This document shows positions 46,445-54,864 of a stretch of 64,000 nucleotides of DNA, one piece after another. Each line of letters starts with the position of its first letter. Position 1 is the stretch's first letter. Position numbers and translations under genes: made by a program. The notes beneath the pieces are model-generated. The model searched no databases and was not told where the DNA came from. It was given only the letters and a program-made list of their open reading frames with translations. Origin of the DNA: an uncultured Microthrixaceae bacterium (GTDB lineage Bacteria > Actinomycetota > Acidimicrobiia > Acidimicrobiales > Acidimicrobilacustridaceae); the NCBI GenBank assembly GCA_963788835.1, contig CAWBIF010000004.1:476581-540580 (forward strand), given 5' to 3'.

Positions 46445-49432
46445 TCAACCGTTGAGCCGGTCGGCTATCGCGCCCTGGACGTGGGCCACGATGGCTTGCC
46501 CCCGCATGGCTGCGCCCCGTGCCTCGGCATCGGAGAGGCGGTCGGGTCCGAGCGCGTCGCGAAGTTGTTCGAGGATCGCACCCACTCGGCGGAGGTCGGA
46601 TGCCTCGATGGGCAAAGCGAGCTCGGCTGAGGCCACGCGAACCGCGCCGTGGATCACCGCCGCGTCCTCGTAGTCGCCGCGTTGCGCCAGCACGCTCGCC
46701 ACGTGACGCATGGTCAGCCACTGGTTGGCCCAGTCGCCTGCCCGGTACCAGGTGTCGATCACCTCGGCGGCCAGGCGCAACGCCGCGTCGAGGTCGCCGC
46801 GGCGTCCAGCCAACGACACCAGCTCGGTTCGGGCAAAGGCGACGAGCCAACGATTGTTGACCGCCGCGGCACAGCCGATCGACTCCTCGAGCATCGAAGC
46901 GGCACGGCCGGGGTCAAGGGATTCGAGTGTGATCGCACGGGCGTAGAGCGCCGAGGCCAGCGAGGTCGGGTGCTGGGTGCGCCGTGCAATGGTGAGTGCC
47001 TCCTCGGCCAGCTGGAGGCTCTCCTCGGCGCGCGCCGCGCTGGCCAAACCGACCGATGCCATGTACAGGGCGTGCACGAGTCGGGCCTCGTCTGTGCTCG
47101 TCCTCGCCGCGTGCACCATCCGTTGACAGACGGTTGCGGCCTGGTCGGCGAGGCCTCGGTAGTAGAAGACGTTGCCCATCGTCCTCCAAGGAAGGCCAGA
47201 CGGGGCGACCCCCATCTGATACTCGAGTGCCAGCGACCGTTCGGCGAGCGCCAGCGCCCCTCCGAGATCGCCACGCACGAACCTCCCGTAGCTCGCCGTG
47301 GCCAGAGCCATCGGCAAGAGGGGGTGTGTCTCGGCGCCTTCCATGGCGATGCTGGCCTCGGCCCAGGTGAAGAGTTCGTAGCGCATGTGGCGGAACGCGA
47401 ACTCACGGGGCTCGACCACCAGGCGCAGTGCGGCATCAGCGTCGCCCAGTCCGAGGGCCCGACGGTGAGCCAGCCGCAGGTCGTCGAAGGCGTCCTCCAT
47501 TCGGCGAGCCCACTGGGCCTCGTCAGGGCCATCGAGGCCGGATCCCGCCTCCTCGGCTGTCACGACCGCATGGGCCATGTGGCACTGCTGTAGCTCGGCG
47601 GTGTTACCCGCGGCGTCGAGGCGCGCTCGGCCGAACTCCCGCAGGGTCTCCAGGAGCGAGAAGCGGGTGGGTGACCGACTCGTGTCGGCCATCACCATGG
47701 ACTTGTCGATCAGCGCCGGTAGGAACGTGGTCGCGGTGGCCCCGAAGGCATCGTCGACGCACACGCGCTCGACGTCCGCGGCGGTGAACTTCCCGGCGAA
47801 GATCGAGAGCCGGTCGAACAGTGACTGCTCGGCCCCGTCCAACATCTCATAGGACCACTCGACCGTGGCCAGGAGCGTCTGATGGCGTGAGTCACCGCGG
47901 CTGCCGGAGGTCAGCAGAGTGAACCGCTCATCAAGCCGGTTCGCCAGCTCTTTCGGCGTCATCGAGCGCACAAGTGGCGCGGCGAGCTCGATGGCGAGGG
48001 GGACCCCGTCCAGGCGCCGGCAGATCTCCACTATGAAGGGGGCGGCCTCCGCGGTCAGCGAGAAATTCGGATGGGCGGCGGCCGCGCGCTCCACAAATAG
48101 TCGGACGGCCGGCGACGTGAGCGCTGCGCCTGGGTCGAGTTCGTCGACGGACGGGAGCTCGAGTGGCCCGACCGGCCACACCGATTCCCCGTAGGAGGCC
48201 AGCGGCTCACGACTCGTAGCCAGCACCTGGACACCTGGGCATCCGCGGAGGATCGTCTCCGCGATCGGGCCGACGGCACCCAGCACGTGCTCGCAGTTGT
48301 CCAGCACGACCAACAGGCGCCGGGGCTTGAGCACCTCGACGAGCCCGACCAGCGTGGACGGCTCCCGGCGGGGTTGCACGTCGAGAGCGGCGGTGATTGC
48401 GTCTGCTGCCAACCCAGACTCTCGGACCGCCGTCAGATCGCAGACCCACACCCCATCGGGATACGTCTCGGCCACCATGGCTGCCAAGCCGAACGCGAGT
48501 CGCGTTTTGCCGACGCCGCCGGGTCCGGTCAGGGTCAGTAGGCGCGCGGTGCCTAGACGTTCGGCCAACTGAGCGACTTCGAGGTCGCGCCCGATGAAGC
48601 TGTTGACCGGCGCCGGAAGGTTCCCCCGTCCGACGGCACCATCGGACGAAGATGTGACGGCCGCCGCGGAGCCGACGGTCGAGTCCGCATCGAGGCCCGG
48701 ATCCTGGAGAAGGATGCGGCTTTCGAGATCGACGAGCGCCGCCGATGGTTCCAGACCTAGTTCGCTCCCGAGCTCCGTTCGGAAGCGCTGGTAAACTCTG
48801 AGCGCTTCGGGCTGACGTCCGCAGTGGTAGAGCGCAAGCATCTGTTGAGCCCGGAACCGCTCGCGTAGAGGCCACTCGATGATGCAGCGCTCCACGATCT
48901 CGATCACCGCGGCGTCGTCGCCAAGCGCGAGGCGGGCATCGATGAGTCCCTCGAGCGAGCGTTGGCGGATCTCCTCCAAGCGTGTGGCTTCGGCCTGCAG
49001 TGCGAGGTCGTCGACGAACTCCCCGAACGCCCGGCCGCCACGCCACCAGCCGAGCCCCTCCAGGAGGAGGTCAGCGGCCTTGGCGGGATCTGTTGCAAGC
49101 ACCCGCAAGGCATCGGCGACCTGACGCTCGAAGCGGGAGGCGTCGATCTCGTCGGACTCGACTCGCAGGACATAGCCCCCTGGTCTGGTCTGCACGCGCT
49201 CTTGCTCGGGGCCGAGGTCGCTTCGCAAGCGGGACACGTAGCTCTGGACCGTTCCGGACGCGCGCAACGGCGGCTCGTCGCCGAAGAGCGCGTCGACAAG
49301 CTGGTGGACGGAGACGACCACATTGCGATGGAGCAGGAGCGTGGCCAGCAACAGCCGCCGACGCGACCCCCGCACCGTCACCAGACGGTGCTCGGAGACA
49401 ACCTCCAACGGCCCGAGGACCAGGAACTCCAT
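46445..49432 (-). CDS. AfsR/SARP-family regulator (OmpR-type wHTH, BTAD, NB-ARC-type ATPase and TPR domains), 995 aa
   Basis: ATG 49432 preceded by GGGAG. MEFLVLGPLEVVSEHRLVTVRGSRRRLLLATLLLHRN...YVSRLRSDLG...GGYVLRV (wHTH); ...ALYHCGRQPEALRVYQRFRTELGSELGLEPSAAL (BTAD); LLTLTGPGGVGKTRLA (P-loop), ...LLVVLDNCEHV (Walker B-like); repetitive helical C-terminal half. The whole 3 kb is uninterrupted. Confidence 0.9.
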   Translation of the reverse strand: MEFLVLGPLEVVSEHRLVTVRGSRRRLLLATLLLHRNVVVSVHQLVDALFGDEPPLRASGTVQSYVSRLRSDLGPEQERVQTRPGGYVLRVESDEIDASRFERQVADALRVLATDPAKAADLLLEGLGWWRGGRAFGEFVDDLALQAEATRLEEIRQRSLEGLIDARLALGDDAAVIEIVERCIIEWPLRERFRAQQMLALYHCGRQPEALRVYQRFRTELGSELGLEPSAALVDLESRILLQDPGLDADSTVGSAAAVTSSSDGAVGRGNLPAPVNSFIGRDLEVAQLAERLGTARLLTLTGPGGVGKTRLAFGLAAMVAETYPDGVWVCDLTAVRESGLAADAITAALDVQPRREPSTLVGLVEVLKPRRLLVVLDNCEHVLGAVGPIAETILRGCPGVQVLATSREPLASYGESVWPVGPLELPSVDELDPGAALTSPAVRLFVERAAAAHPNFSLTAEAAPFIVEICRRLDGVPLAIELAAPLVRSMTPKELANRLDERFTLLTSGSRGDSRHQTLLATVEWSYEMLDGAEQSLFDRLSIFAGKFTAADVERVCVDDAFGATATTFLPALIDKSMVMADTSRSPTRFSLLETLREFGRARLDAAGNTAELQQCHMAHAVVTAEEAGSGLDGPDEAQWARRMEDAFDDLRLAHRRALGLGDADAALRLVVEPREFAFRHMRYELFTWAEASIAMEGAETHPLLPMALATASYGRFVRGDLGGALALAERSLALEYQMGVAPSGLPWRTMGNVFYYRGLADQAATVCQRMVHAARTSTDEARLVHALYMASVGLASAARAEESLQLAEEALTIARRTQHPTSLASALYARAITLESLDPGRAASMLEESIGCAAAVNNRWLVAFARTELVSLAGRRGDLDAALRLAAEVIDTWYRAGDWANQWLTMRHVASVLAQRGDYEDAAVIHGAVRVASAELALPIEASDLRRVGAILEQLRDALGPDRLSDAEARGAAMRGQAIVAHVQGAIADRLNG

Positions 49433-49472
49433 TCTCTCAGGCTCCCATGTATCGGCCACCGGCACAGTACGA

Positions 49473-49516
49473 CGCATCCACCTTGCAACCCGTATGCATG
49501 ACGGCTGCAACGTCCT
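49473..49516. promoter_or_regulatory. Four (C/T)GCA motifs phased at exactly 11 bp in the SARP/tautomerase divergent intergenic region
   Basis: CGCA 49473, TGCA 49484, TGCA 49495, TGCA 49506. Units are CGCATCCACCT / TGCAACCCGTA / TGCATGACGGC / TGCAACGTCCT. Function is inferred only. Confidence 0.3.
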
Positions 49517-49572
49517 CCGAGGAGCCTGCCCCCATGCGAGACACCCTGTCCGCCGTAACAAGGAGACCATCG

Positions 49573-49800
49573 ATGCCATTCGTCAACGTCAAGCTCATCC
49601 AAGGCGTGTTCGACGCCGAGCAGAAGCAGGACATGATCACCAAGCTCACCGACACCATGGTGTCGATCGAGGGCGAAAACATGCGCCCCGTCACCTGGGT
49701 GGTGATCGAGGAGGTGGCCAGCGGCGAGTGGGGCATCGGCGGCAACCGCCTCACCACCGCCGATGTGAAGGCCCTCGCAGCCGGCGTGACGGTTGGCTGA
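49573..49800 (+). CDS. 4-oxalocrotonate tautomerase-family protein (75 aa)
   Basis: AGGAG lies 7 nt upstream of ATG 49573. MPFVNVKLIQGVFDAEQKQDMITKLTDTMVSIEG... (Pro at position 2; size and pattern typical). Confidence 0.85.
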   Translation: MPFVNVKLIQGVFDAEQKQDMITKLTDTMVSIEGENMRPVTWVVIEEVASGEWGIGGNRLTTADVKALAAGVTVG

Positions 49801-49903
49801 CCGTCCGCCAAGCATTCGGGACGGGTGCCGCGCTCGGCACCCGTCCCTCCCGATTCGTTGCTGGGACTCACACCCAGCCGTGCCTGACCGCTAAGGGGCC
49901 GAG

Positions 49904-50836
49904 TTGAAGTTCGGAGCCCATTTGCCGCTGATGGATTTCGGCGGTCATCCATACACGATGAGACATCTCGCCGGCTACGCCCGGGGAGCAGTCGAGTTGG
50001 GGTTCGAGACGCTCGCAGCGAATGACCATCTCGCCTTTGGGTCGCCATGGCTCGACGGCCCGACCGCGCTGGCCTCGGTGATCGGTGACTCCGGGTCGAT
50101 GAAACTTGCCACGACGGTGTCGCTCCCGGTGGTCCGTGGCCCAATGCAGGTGGCGAAGGCCATGGCCGCGATCGACCGACTCTCCGGCGGCCGAGCCGTG
50201 GTCGCGGTGGGGGCTGGCTCGTATCGGCCTGACTACGAGATCGCGGGCATCGACTTCGGCGAGCGATGGAAACGTCTGGACGAGGTCGTGCAGACCATGC
50301 GGGCTCTCTGGGGCGTGGACCAGAAGCCGTTCGTAGGCCGCTTCTACTCGACGGAGGGCATCGATTTGCTGCCGAAGCCCGCACAGCTGGGCGGTCCACC
50401 GATCTGGATCGGCAGTTGGGGATCAGACGCCGGCCTGCGTCGCACCGCCCGCCTCGCCGACGGATGGCTGGCATCGGCCTACAACACCACGCCCGCCGAG
50501 TTCGCGGTCGCTTGGGCCGCGCTCCAGCAGCTCCTCTCCGACGAGGGCAAGGACCCCGATACTTTTCCGAACGCCCTGGCGACAATGTGGTTCCACATCA
50601 CCGACGACCCCGACGATGTCGACCAGATCTTCCGGCACCGGCTGGCACCAACCATCCACCGGCCTGAAGCGATCCTCAGGGAACGGCTCCCCGTGGGTCC
50701 GGCGGCAGCCTTCGCAGACAAGCTCAGCGCCTTCCGGGACGCCGGCGTCCAACAGGTGCTCATCTGGCCCGTCACAGACGAGCTGCACCAACTCGAGCTG
50801 TTCTGCCAGCAAGTGCTTCCCCTCCTCACCAACTAG
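49904..50836 (+). CDS. Luciferase-like monooxygenase (LLM-class, flavin/F420-dependent) oxidoreductase
   Basis: Intact 310-aa ORF (TTG start). MKFGAHLPL...LGFETLAANDHL...RAVVAVGAG...PPIWIGSWGSDAGLRRTARLADGWLAS.... Confidence 0.85.
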   Translation: MKFGAHLPLMDFGGHPYTMRHLAGYARGAVELGFETLAANDHLAFGSPWLDGPTALASVIGDSGSMKLATTVSLPVVRGPMQVAKAMAAIDRLSGGRAVVAVGAGSYRPDYEIAGIDFGERWKRLDEVVQTMRALWGVDQKPFVGRFYSTEGIDLLPKPAQLGGPPIWIGSWGSDAGLRRTARLADGWLASAYNTTPAEFAVAWAALQQLLSDEGKDPDTFPNALATMWFHITDDPDDVDQIFRHRLAPTIHRPEAILRERLPVGPAAAFADKLSAFRDAGVQQVLIWPVTDELHQLELFCQQVLPLLTN

Positions 50837-51004
50837 TGCAGCCGGACTCAACCACTCCACGGGTGCCACCGGCGCACTGTCCTGCGCACCAGGCGCGAGG
50901 TCTCGCGACCGCTGTGGACGGACATGATGTGAGGCGAGGCACCGTCACGTTTGAATCGCCACAATGATCCACCGGCCAGTAACCGCGCCGAGTGAGGAGG
51001 CCTG

Positions 51005-52009
51005 TTGACGCACCCTGAGCCTCCTCGCTTCCCGGGGCAATTCGCAGCCGCGCCCGCCGCCGCGGCCAACGGGCCCGCGCTTGCGGTCGACCACCTGACC
51101 AAGCGCTTCGGTGAGAGAACCGCGTTCTCCGAGGTCTCGTTCGAAGTCGCTCATGGTGAGGTGTTCGGGTTCTTGGGTCCGAACGGCGCAGGTAAATCAA
51201 CCGCAGTGCGTACTCTCGGCACGCTCATCACGCCGACCTCGGGCTCGGCGACCGTCGCGGGCATCCCACTTTCCCAGGAGAACGGAGTGGAGATCCGCCG
51301 ACGCATCGCGGTGATGCCCGAGGCGCCAGGGCTTTATCTTCGACTGACCGTGACTGAGAACTTGGAGTTCTTCGCCGATCTCTACGGTTTGCATCAGGCA
51401 GGGACGCGCATCAGTGAGGCACTCGACGCGGTCAATCTCGGAGATCGTGCCGCAGATGTGTGTGGGGGTCTTTCGAAGGGGCTTCGCCAGCGGGTGGGAC
51501 TAGCTCGGACGATGCTGTGCGACCCGGAGATCATGTTCCTCGACGAGCCGACATCGGGCCTCGACCCAGTGGCTGCGCGCGAGGTTCACGAGTTGATCAT
51601 CGGCCTGAGGCAGAAAGGAGTGACGATCTTTCTCACTACCCACCGGCTTGACGAAGCCGAGAAGTTGTGTGATCGGGTGGCCTTCTTGAATACGACGCTG
51701 CGTAGCATCGGTCGTCCGGCGGAGCTCCGACGGCAGCTGTTCACGCGCGCACTTCTCGTCAAGACCGCTGCGTCGATCGGCCATCCCGACCAGCTCTTTG
51801 CCGCGATCGGAGGTGTTGAGAGTTGGCGCTCCGATGATCCGGGCTCCTACGTGCTCTCCGTATCCGATCCCGGCGTCGTTGCACCCGAAGTGACGCGGGC
51901 ACTCGTTGGCGTCGGGGCCGACGTCCTGTTCATCGGCGAGGCGCAACATTCGCTCGAAGACGTTTATCTCGAGCTGATCAGCGACGATGTCGAGGGCCGC
52001 AAATCATGA
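51005..52009 (+). CDS. ABC transporter ATP-binding protein (ABC-2/DrrA-like exporter type)
   Basis: GAGGAGG upstream of TTG 51005. Walker A GPNGAGKST, Q-loop, signature LSKGLRQRVGLA, Walker B IMFLDEPTSGLD, H-loop TTHRLDEAE. The stop overlaps the permease start. Confidence 0.9.
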   Translation: MTHPEPPRFPGQFAAAPAAAANGPALAVDHLTKRFGERTAFSEVSFEVAHGEVFGFLGPNGAGKSTAVRTLGTLITPTSGSATVAGIPLSQENGVEIRRRIAVMPEAPGLYLRLTVTENLEFFADLYGLHQAGTRISEALDAVNLGDRAADVCGGLSKGLRQRVGLARTMLCDPEIMFLDEPTSGLDPVAAREVHELIIGLRQKGVTIFLTTHRLDEAEKLCDRVAFLNTTLRSIGRPAELRRQLFTRALLVKTAASIGHPDQLFAAIGGVESWRSDDPGSYVLSVSDPGVVAPEVTRALVGVGADVLFIGEAQHSLEDVYLELISDDVEGRKS

Positions 52010-52743
52010 GGGGGCTCGACGCGCAACGCGTCCGCGCGGTCGTGCGCAAGGAGCTGAGGGAATACCGGCGGAAACGGTCCATCGTCGTGACGATGGCGGT
52101 GCTTCCGATCGTCTTTCTCATCCAGCCGACGCTTGCCGTCTTCCTCGCACCGGCCACCTCCGATGACACCTACTACCGTGTTCCGCTCCTGCTCCTTCTC
52201 CTGATTTCGGTCATCATCCCCTCGACTCTCGCCGCATATTCGGTGGTCGGCGAGCGTGAGCAGGGCACTCTCGAGCCGTTGCTCACCACGCCAATTCGCA
52301 GACAAGAGTTCATCGCGGGCAAGGCGGCCGCAGTCATGATCCCCTCAGTCGCCGTTGCGTACTCGGTGTACGCGCTTTTCCTCGGCGTCGTTCGGCTGTT
52401 CGCCAAACCGGCAACGTCCAACGCAGTGTTCCACCAGGGCCCGGTTCTCGTCGCGCTGATCCTCTTCACCCCTCTGCTGGCCGGCTGGGCCGTCGTGGTC
52501 GGAATGGCGATCTCTGTTCGTGCGAACGAAGTCCGCGTCGCGCAGCAGCTCGGGACCCTCGCCAGCTTTCCGCCCTTCGGTGTGGTCGTCCTGTTCGCGG
52601 TCGGCGTCATCCACCCGACACTCACGGTCGCGATCCTGTTGGCGGTCGGACTGTTGGCGATCGACCTGCGCGCCCTACGCATCGTCGCGAAGATGTTCAA
52701 CAGGGAACGTCTCGTCACCGGAACAACCGCCACCCGATCTTGA
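52006..52743 (+). CDS. ABC-2-type transporter permease
   Basis: Intact 245-aa ORF with about six hydrophobic spans, translationally coupled to the ATPase (ATGA overlap at 52006-52009). Confidence 0.8.
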   Translation: MRGLDAQRVRAVVRKELREYRRKRSIVVTMAVLPIVFLIQPTLAVFLAPATSDDTYYRVPLLLLLLISVIIPSTLAAYSVVGEREQGTLEPLLTTPIRRQEFIAGKAAAVMIPSVAVAYSVYALFLGVVRLFAKPATSNAVFHQGPVLVALILFTPLLAGWAVVVGMAISVRANEVRVAQQLGTLASFPPFGVVVLFAVGVIHPTLTVAILLAVGLLAIDLRALRIVAKMFNRERLVTGTTATRS

Positions 52744-52847
52744 AGAAGTGGGCACCACGCCTTCGGACGGAGAAGTTCCCCCCGGAGCTAGATCGTGCGC
52801 TGAGAGGCGGCCCGCCATCGCACACTGATCGCGCATCCGCAGTCATC

Positions 52848-52865
52848 CGTCACCCGCTCTCTCTC
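52848..52865 (+). repeat. attR-like 18-nt direct repeat
   Basis: CGTCACCCGCTCTCTCTC, identical to 45096-45113. Confidence 0.8.
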
Positions 52866-52870
52866 GCCCG

Positions 52871-52889
52871 GTTCGTTCTCGTCGTGACC
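52871..52889 (+). repeat. Degenerate second copy of the tRNA-Gly T-arm/acceptor 3' half
   Basis: GTTCGTTCTCGTCGTGACC compared with tRNA 45086-45102 GTTCGATTCTCGTCACC. Confidence 0.5.
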
Positions 52890-52910
52890 TGGCCGAACGC
52901 AGCATCGTCC

Positions 52911-54851
52911 TCACGGTGTGGTCAAACTCGGTCGGCGTGGCGTCGTCGTGTGGGGCCCGCGACCCTCCGGCGTCGTGGTCGGTTCGAACGCGGGCGAGGA
53001 GGGCCGAGCAGTCGACCAGAGCAGGCATTGGATGCTCGCCGCGGCCGCCAGGAGGCCGACGAGCGCGATGGGCAGGAGCAGCCGACCCCCCGTCGCCAGG
53101 TCGGCCGGGTAGTGCGCCGGCATGCACATGTCGTGGCAGAGGTTGGTCGGTCCCATGGGATAGGTGACCCACAAGCAGAGCGCGACCTGGATGGCGACGA
53201 ACGCCCCGAGCAGCCGATCCGACAACGCGAACGCGGCGCCGGACGCGAGTGTGACGGCGAGCAACAGGACGATCGCGTACGAGCCGTTGAACGTCGAGGT
53301 GAGCGCGATCGGCGGGCCGAACTCGACGATCACCCACACGACCAGGGGCACGAGCGTGGCGGCGCCGAGCACGTACACCGAGCGAGGGATGCGACGCCGG
53401 AGCAGCAGTAGCGGCGAGGCCAGCAGCAGCAGCCCACCACCCCAGGCGACCGCGCTCTCCTGGGTCCTGAGGATCCGCAGTCGCAGCCCCAGCCCGTCGT
53501 GGTCGGTCCCGAGCAACAGCCGGACGTCGAAGAGCGCGGCGATGTTGTCGTAGCGATGCCGAAGCCATCCACGCACGCCGAGCGCGGCGTAGCGCTCGCG
53601 CATGAGATGCAGCAGGGAGCCGTGCTGCGGTCCCATGACGCCGGCGAGGTGCCACTCGAGCTCGGCCGAGCCCGTCGTGTTGAACCACGTGCGGTAGATG
53701 ATCCAGGGCACCGCCATCGCCGCCGCCCCCACCGCCGCCGCCCCGAGCCGGCGCCACAGTCCCGTCGGGATGCCCAACGCAACCACGACGACCGCCAACG
53801 AGAGTGCGGCGTACGCGCCGCCGGGGTGGGCCATGAGCGAGGCTGCCGCGAGCAGCCCGATGATCCCCCAGTCGGTGGTGTCCATCGCGTGCGTCCCCAC
53901 ATCGAGCAGCAGCGCGATGGCGAGCAAGCTCAGGGCCGCGCTGTACAGCTTGGGGTACACGAAGATCACATTCGGCACGAGGAAGCCGGTGAACGTCACG
54001 AGAGCCCACGCGCCGAGCAAGCGGCGTCGTCGGAGTCCGACGGCCACGAAGACCGCCACCATGGCGACGACCGAGAGGCTATCGACGACCGCCGAGGACA
54101 CCTGGTAGCCGAACGAGCGGTCGGCGCTCAACGCGTAGATGGGCATGGTCACCGCGGCCTGCAACGGAGGCCGGTCGGCCAGCGGCCAGCCGAGGGCCTT
54201 TGGTCGCAGGTCCTCGCGCGCGTCGGCCCGTGTCTCCCACACCCAGGGGAAGAGGTTGTCGGCGGTGCCGAACACCGAGCGCTCGGACAACAGCGCCGAG
54301 TCGGCCATGCCCCCGTGCAGGGTCAGCATCGACATGCACATGACCGCGGTGGTCACGGCGAGCAACACCACCGCCGCCACCCGCGCCAGGGTGCGCAGCG
54401 CCAGTCCGCTCGCGGTGGTGATCGCCACCGCCGCAACCACGTAGGCGACGCCGGCGGCGATCCGCCCCAACGTCGGGTCTGCGACCCACGCCCACCACAC
54501 GAGCCAGCTCACGAGGGCGCCCGCGCCGAGAACCCCTGCGAGTCCACGGACGAGGCCCACGTCGGCACGCCGGCGCCACACCACCGCGCCGATCGCGAAG
54601 CCGGGGGCGAACATGACGACCGAGCCGGCCAGCGCTGTCATCGACAGGCCAGCGGCGCCTCGCAGCGCCCCCGAGTTCCGGTAGACGTGGGTCCCCAGCC
54701 ACACCCCGACCGGCGCCAGCCCAAGGCAGACGCCGAGCGCGGCCCGGACAGCAGGCCGGGGCGATGGCGCACTCACCGCCGCATCATACGAGTGGCGCGC
54801 GTCGGCCTCGGACCGCCAAGGTCGTGGCGCTGCTAGCGTCCGGGCGATCAC
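52911..54851 (-). CDS. Hypothetical polytopic membrane protein (about 14 or more hydrophobic spans); true start probably internal
   Basis: Uninterrupted 646-aa ORF dominated by hydrophobic segments. No family recognised; a GT-C-like fold is only a guess. The annotated GTG lies 13 nt from the divergent gene's start, so the start is doubtful. Confidence 0.55.
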   Translation of the reverse strand: MIARTLAAPRPWRSEADARHSYDAAVSAPSPRPAVRAALGVCLGLAPVGVWLGTHVYRNSGALRGAAGLSMTALAGSVVMFAPGFAIGAVVWRRRADVGLVRGLAGVLGAGALVSWLVWWAWVADPTLGRIAAGVAYVVAAVAITTASGLALRTLARVAAVVLLAVTTAVMCMSMLTLHGGMADSALLSERSVFGTADNLFPWVWETRADAREDLRPKALGWPLADRPPLQAAVTMPIYALSADRSFGYQVSSAVVDSLSVVAMVAVFVAVGLRRRRLLGAWALVTFTGFLVPNVIFVYPKLYSAALSLLAIALLLDVGTHAMDTTDWGIIGLLAAASLMAHPGGAYAALSLAVVVVALGIPTGLWRRLGAAAVGAAAMAVPWIIYRTWFNTTGSAELEWHLAGVMGPQHGSLLHLMRERYAALGVRGWLRHRYDNIAALFDVRLLLGTDHDGLGLRLRILRTQESAVAWGGGLLLLASPLLLLRRRIPRSVYVLGAATLVPLVVWVIVEFGPPIALTSTFNGSYAIVLLLAVTLASGAAFALSDRLLGAFVAIQVALCLWVTYPMGPTNLCHDMCMPAHYPADLATGGRLLLPIALVGLLAAAASIQCLLWSTARPSSPAFEPTTTPEGRGPHTTTPRRPSLTTP

Positions 54852-54864
54852 AGGGGGGTGGGCC

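Larger units (their letters stand above)
45107..52865. mobile_element. Putative integrase-less genomic island at tRNA-Gly
   Basis: Bounded by the exact 18-nt direct repeat. Cargo is accessory genes only. The right half looks more A/T-rich by eye (not computed). No integrase or excisionase recognised. Confidence 0.5.

Noticed and set aside
46151-46630. 159-aa plus-strand ORF, including an internal ATG at 46418 with a GAGGAG-like RBS
   Set aside because: It overlaps the GNAT 3' end and is antisense to the SARP C-terminus. There is no similarity signal, and the SARP frame is clearly the coding one.
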